Notes: generated by a model not told the origin, from the letters alone. DNA of 64,000 nt from Felis catus (GCF_018350175.1 NC_058368.1:229340001-229404000), one strand, 5' to 3'; numbered from the stretch's first letter, positions 13,363 to 26,368 are shown. Numbers and translations: made by a program.

Positions 13363-14382
13363 AATTTAAAATTTCATGCTAAAATTTAGGGCAATACTAA
13401 AAGAAGAATTACATATTTCAAATTTTCAAATCTGTTAAAAAGAAAGTAAAAGAATCCTTCAATCAAATCGTGTGTTTACTTACATAAATCACTGACTTTC
13501 ACTTTTTACAATTTATTCACTTCTCAATGCAAATCTCAAAGTACAGTATATCCTCCTACATTTTAATGTAATTTATATTAAGCCATTTATACAGTTTTAC
13601 GTTGTTACAAAATTTTATTTTGTTAATAAGAGTTTTTGCTCATCAAAAGGAACCATAAAGAAAATAAAAAGCCATATCTGGAGGAAAGTCTATGTTACAG
13701 ATACCATCAGGAAAAAAAAAAATATGTAAGACACTAGCAAACCGATGAGTGAATAACAAACACTGAAACAGGAACAAATGAGTAACATACGTGAGCAGGT
13801 CCTTTCCAGAAGATTAAGTAATGGCTAATAAAACGTGAAATGATACTCAATTACACTGATAATCAAGAAAATGGAAATTAAGAGCACATAAGATACTATG
13901 GACTCACTGATTTGCAAAACTTTAAAAGTTGGTCAATACTATTATGAGCAACAGGAGTTCTCAAATACTTCGTAATGGTAGTGAAAATTAGTGCAATTAC
14001 TTTGAACACAGTAAAAAAGATTAACAATTTCGCTTACACATGCTCTAGATTTTAGAGCCTAGAGAAGTCTCTGTAAAGGCTTCAGATGACAGGCACAAGA
14101 ATATTCAGAGCAAAATCATTTTTAATAACAAAATAACAATAGCAAAAGCTAGAAACTATTCAAATATTAATCAGGAAAAACCGTGGATAAATTGTGGCAT
14201 GTTCTCACAAAGAAATACGGTACAGCATTGAAAATTAAGGAACTGTACTAAATTTTTCACAAAATCATAATATTGTATGGAAAAAAAAATCAAGTGGCAG
14301 AGAACATGAAAAATTGACACTATTTATTTTTTTGAACCATTTATAAAAAAAGTTCCTATGGTTTAAGAAGTTAGACTTTTTT

Positions 14383-14607
14383 GGGCACCTGGGTGGCACA
14401 GTCGGTTAAGCGTCCGACTTCGGCTCAGGTCATGATCTTGCGGTCTGTGGGTTCGAGCCCCGCCTCAGGCTCTGTGCTGACAGCTCAGAGCCTGGAGCCT
14501 GTTTCCGATTCTGTGTCTCCCTCTCTCTCTGACCCTCCCCCGTTCATGCTCTGTCTCTCTCTGTCCCAAAAATAAATAAACGTTGAAAAAAAAATAAAAA
14601 AAAAAAA
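14383..14607 (+). mobile_element. Can-SINE with older-type 5' half and young-type 3' half
   Basis: cggctcaggtcatgatct/tgtgctgacagctcag (older) plus tgtttccgattc...gtcccaaaaataaataaacgttg (young); TSD ttagactttttt. Confidence 0.95.
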
Positions 14608-14805
14608 CTTAGACTTTTTTTTTAGGACTATAAAGAAAGCAAGAAAATGATTAATCACAAAATTCAGAAAGATGATTACCACTGGTTACCATGGGATGGG
14701 GGAAATAGTAAATGGATTAGAGAAAAGGACAAGAGAAACATTACTATTATTGATACTAGTTTGAAAACACAAATCAAAATCCAAAAGGAATCTCAGGGGT
14801 GCCTA

Positions 14806-15130
14806 CGTGGCAAATATTCCCATCCCCTGAGGATATAATCAAACACTAACCCAGGTACTGTTGTAAAGTATTTTGCAGATACAACTGGAGTCTAAGTCAG
14901 TTGAGAAACAAATTATCTGACTCAATCAGATAACCCTTGAAAGTAGAGAGACTTCTTCAGCTGCCCATACAAGACACAGAAAAACAGAAAATTCAGAGGA
15001 TTTTGAAATGTGAGGACGACACTCCATGGCTTCTTTGAAGATGGATCAGAGGCTGAGGGACACCTGAATTGGAGAACAGACAGCCTTAGGGAGCTGGGCG
15101 GGGCCCCTGGCTGATAGCCATCAAGAGGAT
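14806..15130 (+). mobile_element. MaLR (MLT1D/E-like) LTR fragment
   Basis: ttttgcagat...ctttgaagatgga...ccctggctgatagcca motifs of MLT1. Confidence 0.65.
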
Positions 15131-17474
15131 TATACTTTTAAACTCATTGGGTTATTGGATCAAAACTGAAAACCTTAGAAATACAAGGAGAGCCTTGCAG
15201 TTAATCAAAGAATAGATAGATATGCTATAATAGGGATATAGCTAAGAAAGTAACTTCTGAGGCTTTTATAAGGTTTCCTTATTTGGGTATAATTATCTGA
15301 TATATTTACTAATTTATATTATTCGTATTTTCATAGAACATATGCAGCCAAGTATACACACACATACGTATGAACATGTTTAACCAGTCAGTGGAAAAGA
15401 TTCTTTTAAAGAACTACCTAGCAAGGAAAAGCAAATTTCTATTTGATCACATTCAAGACAAAAGCTAGCCCTGATCCAGGTCAGAATGAGAATAATTATT
15501 CTCAGGTCTTGGACAGGTCTTGTCCATTGGCACCAATACCCTAGAGCAAAAGTAGAAAAAGGCTGTTGACAATTAAATTAACACCACTTGCCTAAAGGTA
15601 CCATTTGAATAAATTAGCACAAGCAAAAAAATAGAATGTTTGGAATTATAAATATCTTCTCATAGCATTTGACTTAGGTTTTAAATCTTACTGAAAGCTC
15701 TAATTTAGCTTTAAAAATAGAGCATCGAAAGACAAACATCAACAAAATAAAATGTAACCAATTAATTCTTCAATTTTTCCGCCCAGCCCACACAAAAGAA
15801 CTAAACTTGACTTTGACATCTAGATTATCCTGGAGAATTGATTGAAGTTTTTCCGTTAGTATTCTCTCGACTCAAAATGTTTTTATCCTAGAATATAATC
15901 AGTCAATCACCAGTAATGCAATCATGAAAACAACTTTGAAATATCAGCTTCCCAGGAAGAGAGAGATTTTTTTTGTCCAATCCAGATAGATTTCTTGTAG
16001 CTCCAATATATAATGTTGTGTAGAGAATCATAACAGCCCCTTTCATTAGGGACATTATCCTATTACCTTGGTAGTGATGAACCTGACTGGTCAGCATACT
16101 TAGGTAACTTTCAGCAGTAAACTATTTACATGCATGTTAATGCCTGGCTCTTGCAGGACACCTGGCAAGTCAAGGCTTTTATTTGGGGGGTTCCTAATCT
16201 GGACACGTCTCCTGGAAGCCAAGGTAACATGTCCTAAAAAAGCTTAGTTAACTTTACAGAGAAAACACATAAATCTTTTCTTGCATATAGTATTTATAGA
16301 TTTTACTTCTATTTATGGTTGCAACCAGATCTGATAATTAAGCTGTGAGTTTAGTGAAAATCTAGTTTGTGTAAATAAATGAGACATAATTTGTCTTTAA
16401 CTGAGACAGATACTCATCAATTATAACTAGGAGGAAATAAATGCATAATACCCACCTTAAAATTAACATCCAACAATAAAATACAATATAATAATAATGC
16501 ATTGAGCGGTTTTCAATATGGTTATTTCCAAAGTCTGAATGTAACGTTTATTTTTACGGGAAGTAGTTGAGGAACCTCATGATAAATCACCTGTATGATT
16601 TTTTTTCCCTAAATTCTACCTGTTTTGTCACTACTAGTATTAATAGTTGCTTTACCAATAGTGAGTTATTTTGTAAGATTTCAATTGTTTGTTTTGTTCC
16701 GTTTTATGCATTCATGACTGAAATTATTTTGGTTTAACCACTAATAAATTGCATTAGAATGATCAATGTTATTGGAACTAATTAAGGTTCAGAAAGATGG
16801 GTAAGATGTCCAAGGGAAAGGAAAGTGCTGGGCAGCACTGAGGTTTTAGATGATCTCAGATGTAAAACTTCATGGCCTCTAATACTGAGGAAACATTTAT
16901 TTTAAAAAACATGAACTACTGGTGAGTCCACAGTTTTAAACATGACCTTGAACCTCTTTAAGATACACTGTCTGTGTTCAATGCTATGGGATTCTTAATG
17001 GCACATAGACTGAATTAGCAAAACTACCTCCTCTCACATCTGAGAGATTCTCCCAGCTGTTTCTGACATGACATTGTCCCACAGGCATTAAGCTGAGTGG
17101 CCAGTCTTCTGGAAAGAGCTGGAATGTTGGCTACGAACACTTTAACATCCTGGCAAATTGGCTTAGTTTAGCTTCCCGACATCACTTTAAATTGAGCTCT
17201 CTTTTTATGTTGTTCAAGTGGGCAGCTAAGAATCCTGAGAGCCTCTCCAATGATCAGGGGTGGCCACAGGCCTGAACTTGAGCGACAGGAAGCTCCTCCC
17301 TGTTAGAGTTTCCGGACTCTCAAAGAGTCTGCCCTGGAACTTCCTGCTTGTCAATCAGTTAGCTAGGACCCCTGCTGTCAAATGCGAGGCTACTTCTCAT
17401 CTCGGGTTGCCCTTCTGAACACACAATACAAATAAAACAACGAAAAGTATAATTTACATAATGCTATTCAAAAA

Positions 17475-17725
17475 GTAATTATAGAGAACACCAAGAGTGA
17501 ACCGTAATGTAAACTGTGGACTTTGGGTGATCATGACATGTCACTGTAGGTTCATCAGTTGTGACACATGTACCACTCTGGTGTTTGTTGATAATAGTGT
17601 GACCATCACATGTGTTAATAATCACACGAGTGTGATGGGGTAGGAGACAGTACAGGAAATCTCCATACCTTCTCCTCAATTTTGCTGTGAACCTAAAACT
17701 TCTCTTAAACCATAAAATCTTTATT
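17475..17725 (+). mobile_element. L1MC-like 3' UTR end
   Basis: aacaccaagagtgaacc..taatgtaaactgtggactttgggtgat...ttttgctgtgaacctaaaact. Confidence 0.8.
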
Positions 17726-17828
17726 TTTCAAATGGGGCTAGTTTTAAAAAGGAATTATAATACCTTGGACTACATCCTGGACTTCACACATTTTGTGTCT
17801 AAGGTTCTAACTGAAACATTTTTTTAAT

Positions 17829-18058
17829 TATTACTATTTTTTTTTATTTGAGAGAGAGAGAGAGCGTGAGCATGTATGAGGAAGGGAGAGGAGCAGGGAG
17901 ACAGAGAGGGAGAGAGAGAGAGAGAGCGAGAATCTTAAACAGGTACCACACTCAGCACCGAGCCCAAGGTTAGGCTCAGTCTCAACAATGGTAAGATCAT
18001 GACCTGAGCTGAAATCAAGATTTGGACGCTCAACCAGCTGAGCCACTCAGGCATCTCC
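17829..18058 (-). mobile_element. Can-SINE (older subfamily)
   Basis: Reverse body; TSD ctg(a/g)aacattttt. Confidence 0.93.
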
Positions 18059-18162
18059 CACCTGGAACATTTTTAAGAAAGACTTCCTATCTTTCCTACT
18101 GTCCATCTGGAATATCAGGAAAAGGGTTCACAGGGTCTTGTGTAAGAAATCCTTAGGTTCTC

Positions 18163-18388
18163 GGGGCGCCTGGGTGGCGCAGTCAGTTAAGCGTCCGACT
18201 TCAGCCAGGTCACGATCTCGCGGTCCGGGAGTTCGAGCCCCGCGTCGGGCTCTGGGCTGATGATGGCTCAGAGCCTGGAGCCTGTTTCCGATTCTGTGTC
18301 TCCCTCTCTCTCTGCCCCTCCCCCGTTCATGCTCTGTCTCTCTCTGTCCCAAAAATAAATAAACGTTGAAAAAAAAATTAAAAAAAAA
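18163..18388 (+). mobile_element. Young SINEC_Fc-type Can-SINE
   Basis: Perfect 18-bp TSD aagaaatccttaggttct; private tga duplication (tgatgatgg). Confidence 0.98.
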
Positions 18389-18566
18389 AAGAAATCCTTA
18401 GGTTCTGAGTCTTAGCAGCAATACTAGAAGTGGAACAGAAAATTCACTATTCCATAATACTGACTGAACTGAGAGGGAGACTTCATTGCTACACAATTTA
18501 GGAAGAATTTGTCAGATGCCAATTAATAAAGAAATCTCTAAAGTGAGTCAATAAGGTACAGATTTT

Positions 18567-18753
18567 GGGGCACCTGGGGGGCTCAGTTGGTTAGCATTCA
18601 ACTTTGTTTCAGGTCATGATCTTGCTGTTTGTGAGTTTGTGCTGACACCTCAGAGCCTGGATCCTGCTTCAGATTCTGCGCCTTTCTTTCTGTCTGCTTC
18701 TACCCCACGTGAGCCCTTTCTCTCTCTCAAAAAATTAAAATAAACATTAAAAG
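18567..18753 (+). mobile_element. Can-SINE, internally deleted
   Basis: TSD aataaggt(ac/ct)agatttt. Confidence 0.92.
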
Positions 18754-18955
18754 AATAAGGTCTAGATTTTACTTCAGACAGACAAGTACTGTTAAATTGC
18801 ATTATGTCATGACTCACTTAATGAACTACTAAGATTCACAACTTATCCACATACACATGGGGAGAAATGTGTATGCTGGCTTTGTCAGTTCAGCTGGAGG
18901 GGTTTATACCTTTAAAAGGGCTAGAATTCGGTTTCTGAAAGACACAGAAATGTGA

Positions 18956-18956
<1 letters not shown>

Positions 18957-19002
<46 letters not shown>
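18957..19002. repeat. (TG)n microsatellite
   Basis: Perfect TG run. Confidence 0.98.
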
Positions 19003-19008
<6 letters not shown>

Positions 19009-19456
19009 ACATAGATCACTTAGTGAAATAAACTGATCTTTGGTGTTTTGTTTTGTTTTGTTTTGTTTTGATTTGAAGAGTGAAAGTAATTGACAACTAG
19101 AACACCTGCTAGATTTGGCAGCTATCACAACCACTTTGTTAGGGAATGTAAGTCATAACTTCCGATATTTTCTTAAAACTACTCAAAAATAAAAACGAAC
19201 ACAAGAACATTTGATAGCAGATGATACTGTTTGAAAGATATATGTAAAATAAATTATTGGACTCTGAACACAGAGCATTACAAATTATCTTTAATTCAAT
19301 TTATACTTCTCATAAATTAAAGCTAATGTGGCAAATATATCCTGAAGAAGCTTTAAAGATTATAATAGTCTTGCTAAGTAAAGGTTAGAAGTCTCTGTTG
19401 TTGTTGTTGTTGTTTTTTAATTCCCTTTGGTCATATGTGGAACTCATACTATTATT

Positions 19457-19673
19457 TTCTTCTTTTTTAAAAATTTTGTAATATTTATTTTTGAGAGAGA
19501 GAAAGAGAGAAAGCAGGGGAGGGACAGAGAGGGGAAAGATACAGAATCTGAAGTAGGCTCCAGACTCCGACCTGTCAGCACAGAGCCTGACACGGGGCTT
19601 GAACTCATGGACAGTGAGATCATGACCTGAGCCGAAGTCAGACACTTAACCAACTGAGCCACCCAGGCGCCCC
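19457..19673 (-). mobile_element. Can-SINE (felid type)
   Basis: Full reverse body ending acccaggcgcccc. Confidence 0.96.
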
Positions 19674-19699
19674 ATTATTTTCAATAAATAACAAATGCT

Positions 19700-20480
19700 G
19701 CAAGATCCACCGCTTCTGGTGGGAGGTAGAAACAAAACTTTTCTGTCGGGGAGTAAAGGTATGAATCTTCCTGGGCACAGTATCCTGATCTCATGTAGAG
19801 CAGTGAAGAAGAGGCAGAAAACTCTCTCTGTCTTGAGTTCTTGTATGCCATACAGGTTGAGAAGGGGATGCTGAGAAAAACCCACTCTTGAGACTCAGGT
19901 ACAAAGTTCTGCTGGTCCACACAGTGGAAATGGATCCCACATCACCACTCAATGATCTATCCCAGAGTGCTATCAAGAGCAGCCTTCTGCTGGGGAAGCA
20001 GCAAGAACATGGCCAAGACATCTACTTTGGGATAAGTGTTCAGGGACGAATAAAAATTGGGGATAAAGCTGGGACTCAGGGAAAAATAACAAAAAATAAC
20101 AAAAAACAAAAAAAACATCTAAGCATCTCAGGCCTTACAGTAAGCCCAAAGTAATAGCAGCTCATCCCAGGGGGAATTAGAAGGCTGTGTAGTCACTGTA
20201 GGTAACTGTGACAAAAACAAAATCGGCACCCAGTTCAACGGACAAGATCCACTCAGTTCCTCACACTGACTGGTGGACAGATGAAAAGGTAGGCCCACTT
20301 CTGGGTACAATTGCCATTTCCCTCAGTAGTCCACGAACAGTGTCTAGCTTTCAATAGAAAAATCATAGAACATGCAAAAAAGCAAGAGGAAAACAACCTG
20401 TTTCCAAAAGAGAAAATAAGCAGCATGGCCAGACCCAGAGATGTAATTATCAGTTAGGAACATTAAAACAGCTGTGATTT
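19700..20480 (+). mobile_element. Ancient L1M 5'UTR/pre-ORF1 fragment
   Basis: cagtgtctagctttcaatagaaaaatcatagaacatgcaaaaaagcaag...aattatcag...ttaaaacagctg resembles old L1M 5' regions. Confidence 0.55.
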
Positions 20481-21182
20481 ATATATACGTTCAATATTTG
20501 CACATTCATTGTATGTCATTCTTACATAAAATCTATACTCATATATGGACATCCAGTTAATATGCATATGAAAACATTCAGGATATTCAGGGTACCAAAG
20601 TATCTCTTGATGTCTGTAATACACTTTGAATTCTTTCAAAAATAAAATATTTAATGGATAAAGAGATCAATAAATTAATATCGTCTGACAAATAATTTCC
20701 TAACATATTCCTTGTAGAATAAGTGGTATGTAAATTCCTTTAAGTTTTTTTTAATTTGAAAATGTTTACAATATGGGAAAGCATGAATGTGATGACACGT
20801 TTAAAAAGAGCCAGATTGGACACCATACAAAAAAAATAAACTCAAGACTTACTGAAGGATGAAAAGTAGGAGGGTAAACTTTAAAACTACTGGAGAAAAT
20901 AAGAAAATGTCCTTATAAACTCAGAATCAGGAAGGACTTGGTAAACAGTGCAGAACCTAGACTTGAAACTATAACAAATGAGACGTTAATGTGATAGACA
21001 CATATGAATTACCGCCCATAATCTACAGTTACATAAAATGCCATAGTAAAGTATACTGCATTGTCAAAAAAATGAAATATGCATGAAAGCATTAATGAAC
21101 CTTAGGTTTTACATCCCTGTGTAATTTCTAAATTTTTTATGATTATTTTATAAATTATTACTATAGATCATTTTATAATTAA

Positions 21183-21625
21183 TTTTTTCATGTTTGTTTA
21201 TTTATTCTAAAAGAGAGGGGCGCCTGGGTGGCGCAGTCGGTTAAGCGTCCGACTTCAGCCAGGTCACGATCTCGCGTTCCGGGAGTTCCAGCCCCGCGTC
21301 GGGCTCTGGGCTGATGGCTCGGAGCCTGGAGCCTGTTTCCGATTCTGTGTCTCCCTCTCTCTCTGCCCCTCCCCCGTTCATGCTCTGTCTCTCTCTGTCC
21401 CAAAAATAAATAAACGTTGAAAAAAAAATATTAAAAAAAAAAAAAAGAGAGACAGAGACAGAGCAAGAGCAGGGAGGGGCAGAGAGAGAGGGTGAGAATC
21501 CCAAGCAGGATCTGTGCCACCAGCAGAGAGCCCCATGTGGGGTTCAAACCCACCAACAGTGAGATCGTGACCTGAGCCAAAACCAAGAGTCGGACGCTTA
21601 ACCAACTGAACCCCCAAGGAACCCC
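21183..21625 (-). mobile_element. Older Can-SINE split by a younger SINE
   Basis: Tail at 21183-21216, body at 21443-21625; flanking ttttataatt repeats. Confidence 0.93.
21217..21442 (+). mobile_element. Young SINEC_Fc-type Can-SINE nested in the older SINE
   Basis: TSD aaaagagag inside the host (GA)n tract. Confidence 0.97.
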
Positions 21626-21816
21626 AAATTTTATAATTGTAGAAAATATCATTATAAAAGACAAAGCTGTCTAGAATAGATTTCTGTCATTTAAGCGATT
21701 TTCATGTCTTATTAAATACCTATCTAAAATGTGGCTACGTACACAATATGTATTAATCTATGACATATGCAGGGAGATAATGTGAGGTATACGAGGAACT
21801 TAGACATACTTCATAC

Positions 21817-21859
21817 CATCCCAACATCTATGTAAACATACTGCAGCTGAGACCGTTTC
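21817..21859 (-). other. Candidate 43-nt exon (unidentified)
   Basis: tgtatgtag|GAAACG...GGGATG|gtatga; acceptor weak. Confidence 0.15.
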
Positions 21860-22319
21860 CTACATACACAATTTTCTTTCATTTTGTCTTGTGGAAACCA
21901 TCTCTTCTTAGTCACATTGTACTTGCATCTCGTTAACAGAGTAATTGTAAACAAAGCACCGAATGATATATGCCTTCTTATTTTTTTTATCACATAGGAA
22001 AGTTCTACTGTTTATTTTATTCTAAGGACTTGGGAAAACATAAGCAAATTGTCCCCTTGTTCTAACCAATAATAAACATCTCCATTTAGACTGAAATAAA
22101 TGTAATTAAAGAAATTATTTTTGGTTTCATGCTTCAAAGAAACTCCTAATGTAGAATATTGTTTTAAAAGAAAATTGTTTTCAGACTGCAATTAATTTTA
22201 ATTATAATTATCTATAGCAGAAGCACTGTGATAGAGAGTTAAAGACAATCCATACCAAAACCATACAGCTGTTTCTTGAAATAAACACAGTAATAGAAAT
22301 TATTATGGCAGTGGCATAC

Positions 22320-22467
22320 CCCATTTAGCAATCCAAGAAAGGTATGCACTGGCCAGAGTGTGTCCAAAATCTTGTCTACATTCACATGGGCCCATAAAAC
22401 AAATTTTAAAAACACAGAAAATATATCCAGAATATACAGACAAGGTTGAAGTTGGTGAAGCCCTTTC
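22320..22467 (-). other. Candidate 148-nt exon (unidentified)
   Basis: tcgtcttcag|GAAAGG...AATGGG|gtatgc; two of three frames open. Confidence 0.25.
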
Positions 22468-23062
22468 CTGAAGACGATCAGATCACCAGTAGGAATGATC
22501 AAATTAGGTAGAAAAAGCTAACTACCATTTTATGGTATAAATTTTTTTTTTCCAGTATTGGAAGAGCTGATATAATAAGCTTTTTTTGAAAAGTAAATAA
22601 TTACCAAAAAAAAAAAATCAGTTTACTCTATTTATATGTAGAGAATTTTGAGAATTTCTTTTTTGATTCAATCTTTGATCCGATCAAATATAGATCTCTG
22701 AAGATCTCAGTATGGCTATTACCATTGAATTTAAAGGAATTACATAACAGTTACTTTTACCTTGGCGTTAGTTCAAGAAAATCATTGCATGCTTTTAATT
22801 AGCTTTAACTATAGAGTTAGAAGGAGATAGACTATGACTTCAAACAAACAAACAAACAAACAAACACCCTCAAACCAATAATATGAGCCACATGAGATAA
22901 GAATGTTTTAACTAAAACCAAAAGGATACAAAGAACAGGGCGGGAAAACAAGTTGTGAGTATTATTTACAGGATCTGGACATTTCCACTAAGGAACCACA
23001 AGATGTTCTAAAGGTTACTTTTGCTAATCACAAAGGAAGTGAACCATGCTTCCTGATTCAAG

Positions 23063-23130
23063 TTTTCTTTTCTTTTTCTTCTCTTCTCTTCTCTTCTCTT
23101 CTCTTCTCTTCTCTTCTCTTCTCTTCTCTT

Positions 23131-23172
<42 letters not shown>
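23063..23172. repeat. Pure pyrimidine tract: (CTTCT)n + (CT)n
   Basis: 110 bp with no purine on the + strand. Confidence 0.97.
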
Positions 23173-23174
<2 letters not shown>

Positions 23175-23739
23175 GACTTTTTTAACCTGCTGGGATTAAC
23201 ACTGACCTTAATAAAAACCAGCAAAAGCCTATACCGTTAGAGATACAGTACTGTGTACTCACAACCACATACTTTCCTTTTAAAGTGGTAAAATAAAAAC
23301 CTTGCTGACTTCAGCCAGGGACTCTGTGTCCAAGCTGTCTGCAACTCTGCGTCTAGAGTGACATCCACCAGGGAAACACAGACTTTGCTTCTGGCATTTC
23401 AGGCAACAAAGAAAATACAAAATCCAATAGAAGCCTCTTTATAGTGTAATCAATCTTCATTCTCTCTTCAAATGCCATTATCAATGAAATCCCCAATTTT
23501 TCTTTCCCCTTTTTTCCCACTCCTCAGGTGTTTTTTTTCCCCCTGAAAGTTCAAAGAAACCTCATGACTGAAAATATTCATTATTTATTCTAGCTTCCCA
23601 GGAGAAAGTTGGCAGTCAAGCAAAAAGAACTCTTGTCTCGGATGGCAGGTGCTGGAGGATCAACTAATAATTTTTTAACCTTAATGCTTTAATGCACATA
23701 TTTGGATTTTGAAAGATGGGCTTACCATATCTTAGTGAG

Positions 23740-24260
23740 AGAATAGTTTATTAGAAAGGTATGGGACAGCAGCATGGGGAATGACAAAAAGATTCTTATT
23801 AATTTGCCCAGTGGCCTCATCAGGAAGTTGGCATCTGAACAAAGACTTGAAGTAGTTAAAAACATTACCCCACATTATAACCTGGAGGACAACATTTTCA
23901 GGCAGAGCAAATAACCAGTGTCAAATTCTAAAACAGAAGTGTACCTGGTTTCTCCCCAGAAATAGCAAGGAAACCAGTATGGTTCCAGCATATTTAGGAA
24001 AAAGAATAGTTGGTGGAAAATTAGTCCAAAGAGAAAATGGGGTGAGGGGGAAAGAGGATTATGCAGAGTTCTATAGGCATGCCTTTGTGGACTTTATTCC
24101 AGTGGAATGGAGAACCATCGTGGGGCTGCAAGGAGAAAAGCAGTGTGACGTAATTTGTGTTCAAAAAGGATTGGTCTTATTTCTGTGTTGAGAACACACT
24201 GCGGTGAGCAAGAGAAGGAGCAAAGAGTACAGCGGAGAGGCCATTTGAGGACCAAGGGAT
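23740..24260 (-). mobile_element. L2 fragment
   Basis: ggcatctgaacaaagacttgaag...ttcaggcagag...agtgtgacgtaatttgtgttcaaaaagga phrases typical of antisense L2. Confidence 0.7.
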
Positions 24261-24328
24261 AAAGGTACATATCCTCTACAGGAGAGGAGAGGTCAGCCTA
24301 AGACAGAAGACCAGACTTCTTGCAGAAA

Positions 24329-24854
24329 AGCACTAACAGTATTATAACAAAAACATTATAGGGACTTTTTAATTTTCTGATAGACACGTTTCAAAAAAAA
24401 GTAAAAAGAAGCAGAGGCAATTCATTTTAATAATATGTTATTTAACCAAATATATTCAAAATATTATTTTGACATTTAACCAATCTAAAAAGCTCATTGA
24501 GATACTTTTCTTTCAGTTTTTCATATTGTCTTTGAAATCCAGTGTGACTTTTACAGTTTCGGGACAGCTCAATTTGGACTAGCCTCATTTCTTTTCTTTT
24601 TCTTAACATTTATTCATATTTTGTGAGACAGAGCATGAGATGGGGAGGGGCAGAGAGAGAGGGAGACATAGAGTCCAGAGCAGGCTCCAGGCTCTGAGCT
24701 GTCAGCACAGAGCCTGTGTCAGGGCAGGAACCCAGGAACCGCGAGATCATGATGTGAGCCAAAGTCAGACGCTTAACCGGCGCCCCTGGACTACCCTCAT
24801 TTCATATACTCTATAGCCACAGGCAGCTGATAGCTACCATACCAGCCAGCCCAG
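24329..24854 (+). mobile_element. MER33 (hAT-Charlie MITE), split by a SINE
   Basis: aaaaagtaaaaagaa..ttttaataatat..tttaacc.aatatat..aaaatatt...gaaatccagtgtg...ctcaatttggactagcc...tagccaca...gctaccata. Confidence 0.85.
24592..24787 (-). mobile_element. Can-SINE inside MER33
   Basis: TSD tggacta(g/c)cctcatttc; short deletion near the SINE head. Confidence 0.95.
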
Positions 24855-25270
24855 ATTTGGGGTATCAAGAAGGGAGGTATTATATGTGGACGCAGATGCT
24901 GTCGGAGGGGGATCGTGGGAGACTATGGACTTTATTTTCTGATAAGTTCAGTTTACTTGGTGAAGAAGGAATGGTAGAAGGCCAGCAAAATGTGAGGATG
25001 GGGACAAAGATGTTGGAAGTTTGTGAAAAGAGAAGGTATGAAACAGTCCTAGAGTATGGAAACATCAAGAGGTGCTGTGTAGCATGAGGGGTTCACCTGA
25101 GGTTCAAGATTATGACCTTAAACAGTCCAAGTAGCATCACTAAGCTTATTCCTGTGTAAATTGCAGTATCTCCCTTCTACCTTTCTTTTCTCATCTGCCG
25201 TTGCTTTATTTGAACAGACGTAACCACTCTGTTACCTACTAAATATTTTGGGGAAATAGGCTTGTCGATT

Positions 25271-25273
<3 letters not shown>

Positions 25274-25319
<46 letters not shown>
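25274..25319. repeat. (TG)n microsatellite within an L2 3' remnant
   Basis: Perfect TG run followed by ctgtctcccc..ctagaatgtaagctcc (L2). Confidence 0.95.
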
Positions 25320-25322
<3 letters not shown>

Positions 25323-26368
25323 GTCTCCCCACGCTAGAATGTAAGCTCCCTAAGCTTCATTTAGGCAGGTAATTTTATCTGTATCTTCTGTGTCTGGAAT
25401 ATATAATAGGTGTTCACTAAATATCTATTAAATGAAGTCATCAAACAATATTGTTCTAAGAATAAAGTGTTTCTAGTGTTTTAATGATGCTATTAAGGAT
25501 TTTAAAAATACAAATGGAAAACCTAGTTTTGTATAAATTGAGTAGCTTCTAAAATTGCCATATGTACTCACTGGAGTGAATTTGTTCTTCCTTATTACCA
25601 ATCCTGATACAGTAGTAATTAAATTGGATTTTTATTAAACCAAACCATTCTTCACTGCATAGTTAACCAGAGCTTTATAAATTATTCTTATTGTATTCCA
25701 GAGAATCTCTCCACGGGTGATAGTGTATTAGATACACAGGTACTTATTACTGATAAATAACCCAAATAAACCATTTTACTGTTTAAACGACAAAATGGAA
25801 ATAGGTATATTTTAGCCTTAATACAATCATCAATTTGTCCAGTTTGTCTCTTTTCAGTTTTATATTAATATGTATTGGGTCACATGCAGAAGTAGTCACA
25901 GATTATATTCACATGCAGCGTGGATATCTGTGTCCCATCCATGTGATTCTTCCTCTAGCCTAACATTCTCCTTACGACAATTCTCACAGAGATGTTCAGC
26001 TTGCTCAGCTCTAGGTCAGAAAGAGCAGACATTTCTACTAGCACAGGGTCTCCAGACACATGCACTCCTGCAGTGGATATGAGACTCTCACTTTCTAGAA
26101 GACCGCAATGCAAGCTGGCAGGGATTCTGATTTAACGTCACTCCCAGGTGCTGGAATGGTGCCTTTTTCTGTGTTCCTGCCCTCAGCTCATTTCCAGGCA
26201 CTTCCTATATTCTGTGAGGACAGCCAGCTTGGAAAGTCAGGCCAAGTATCTCCGTGCCTCATCCAATAGTCCTCCCCGGATCAGTTCTACCCCTACTCGT
26301 AAGGCTGCTCCCAATGTCAGCTCTGGACTTTATTCCTTCCAGCAAAAGCCCTTTTGCAAATCAGTGCA

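Larger units (their letters stand above)
12300..14760 (+). mobile_element. Ancient L1 (L1ME-like) fragments interrupted by three SINEs
   Basis: A-rich + strand with decayed ORF1/ORF2/3'UTR phrases (gaaaatttc..gat, ctcaattacactgataatcaagaaaatggaaattaag, ggataaattgtggcatgttc). Confidence 0.6.

Noticed and set aside
15910..16058. Minus-strand peptide ...YKKSIWIGQKK..., reminiscent of the C-type lectin WIGL motif
   Set aside because: Poor acceptor, in-frame stop and no other lectin-domain exons or cysteines.
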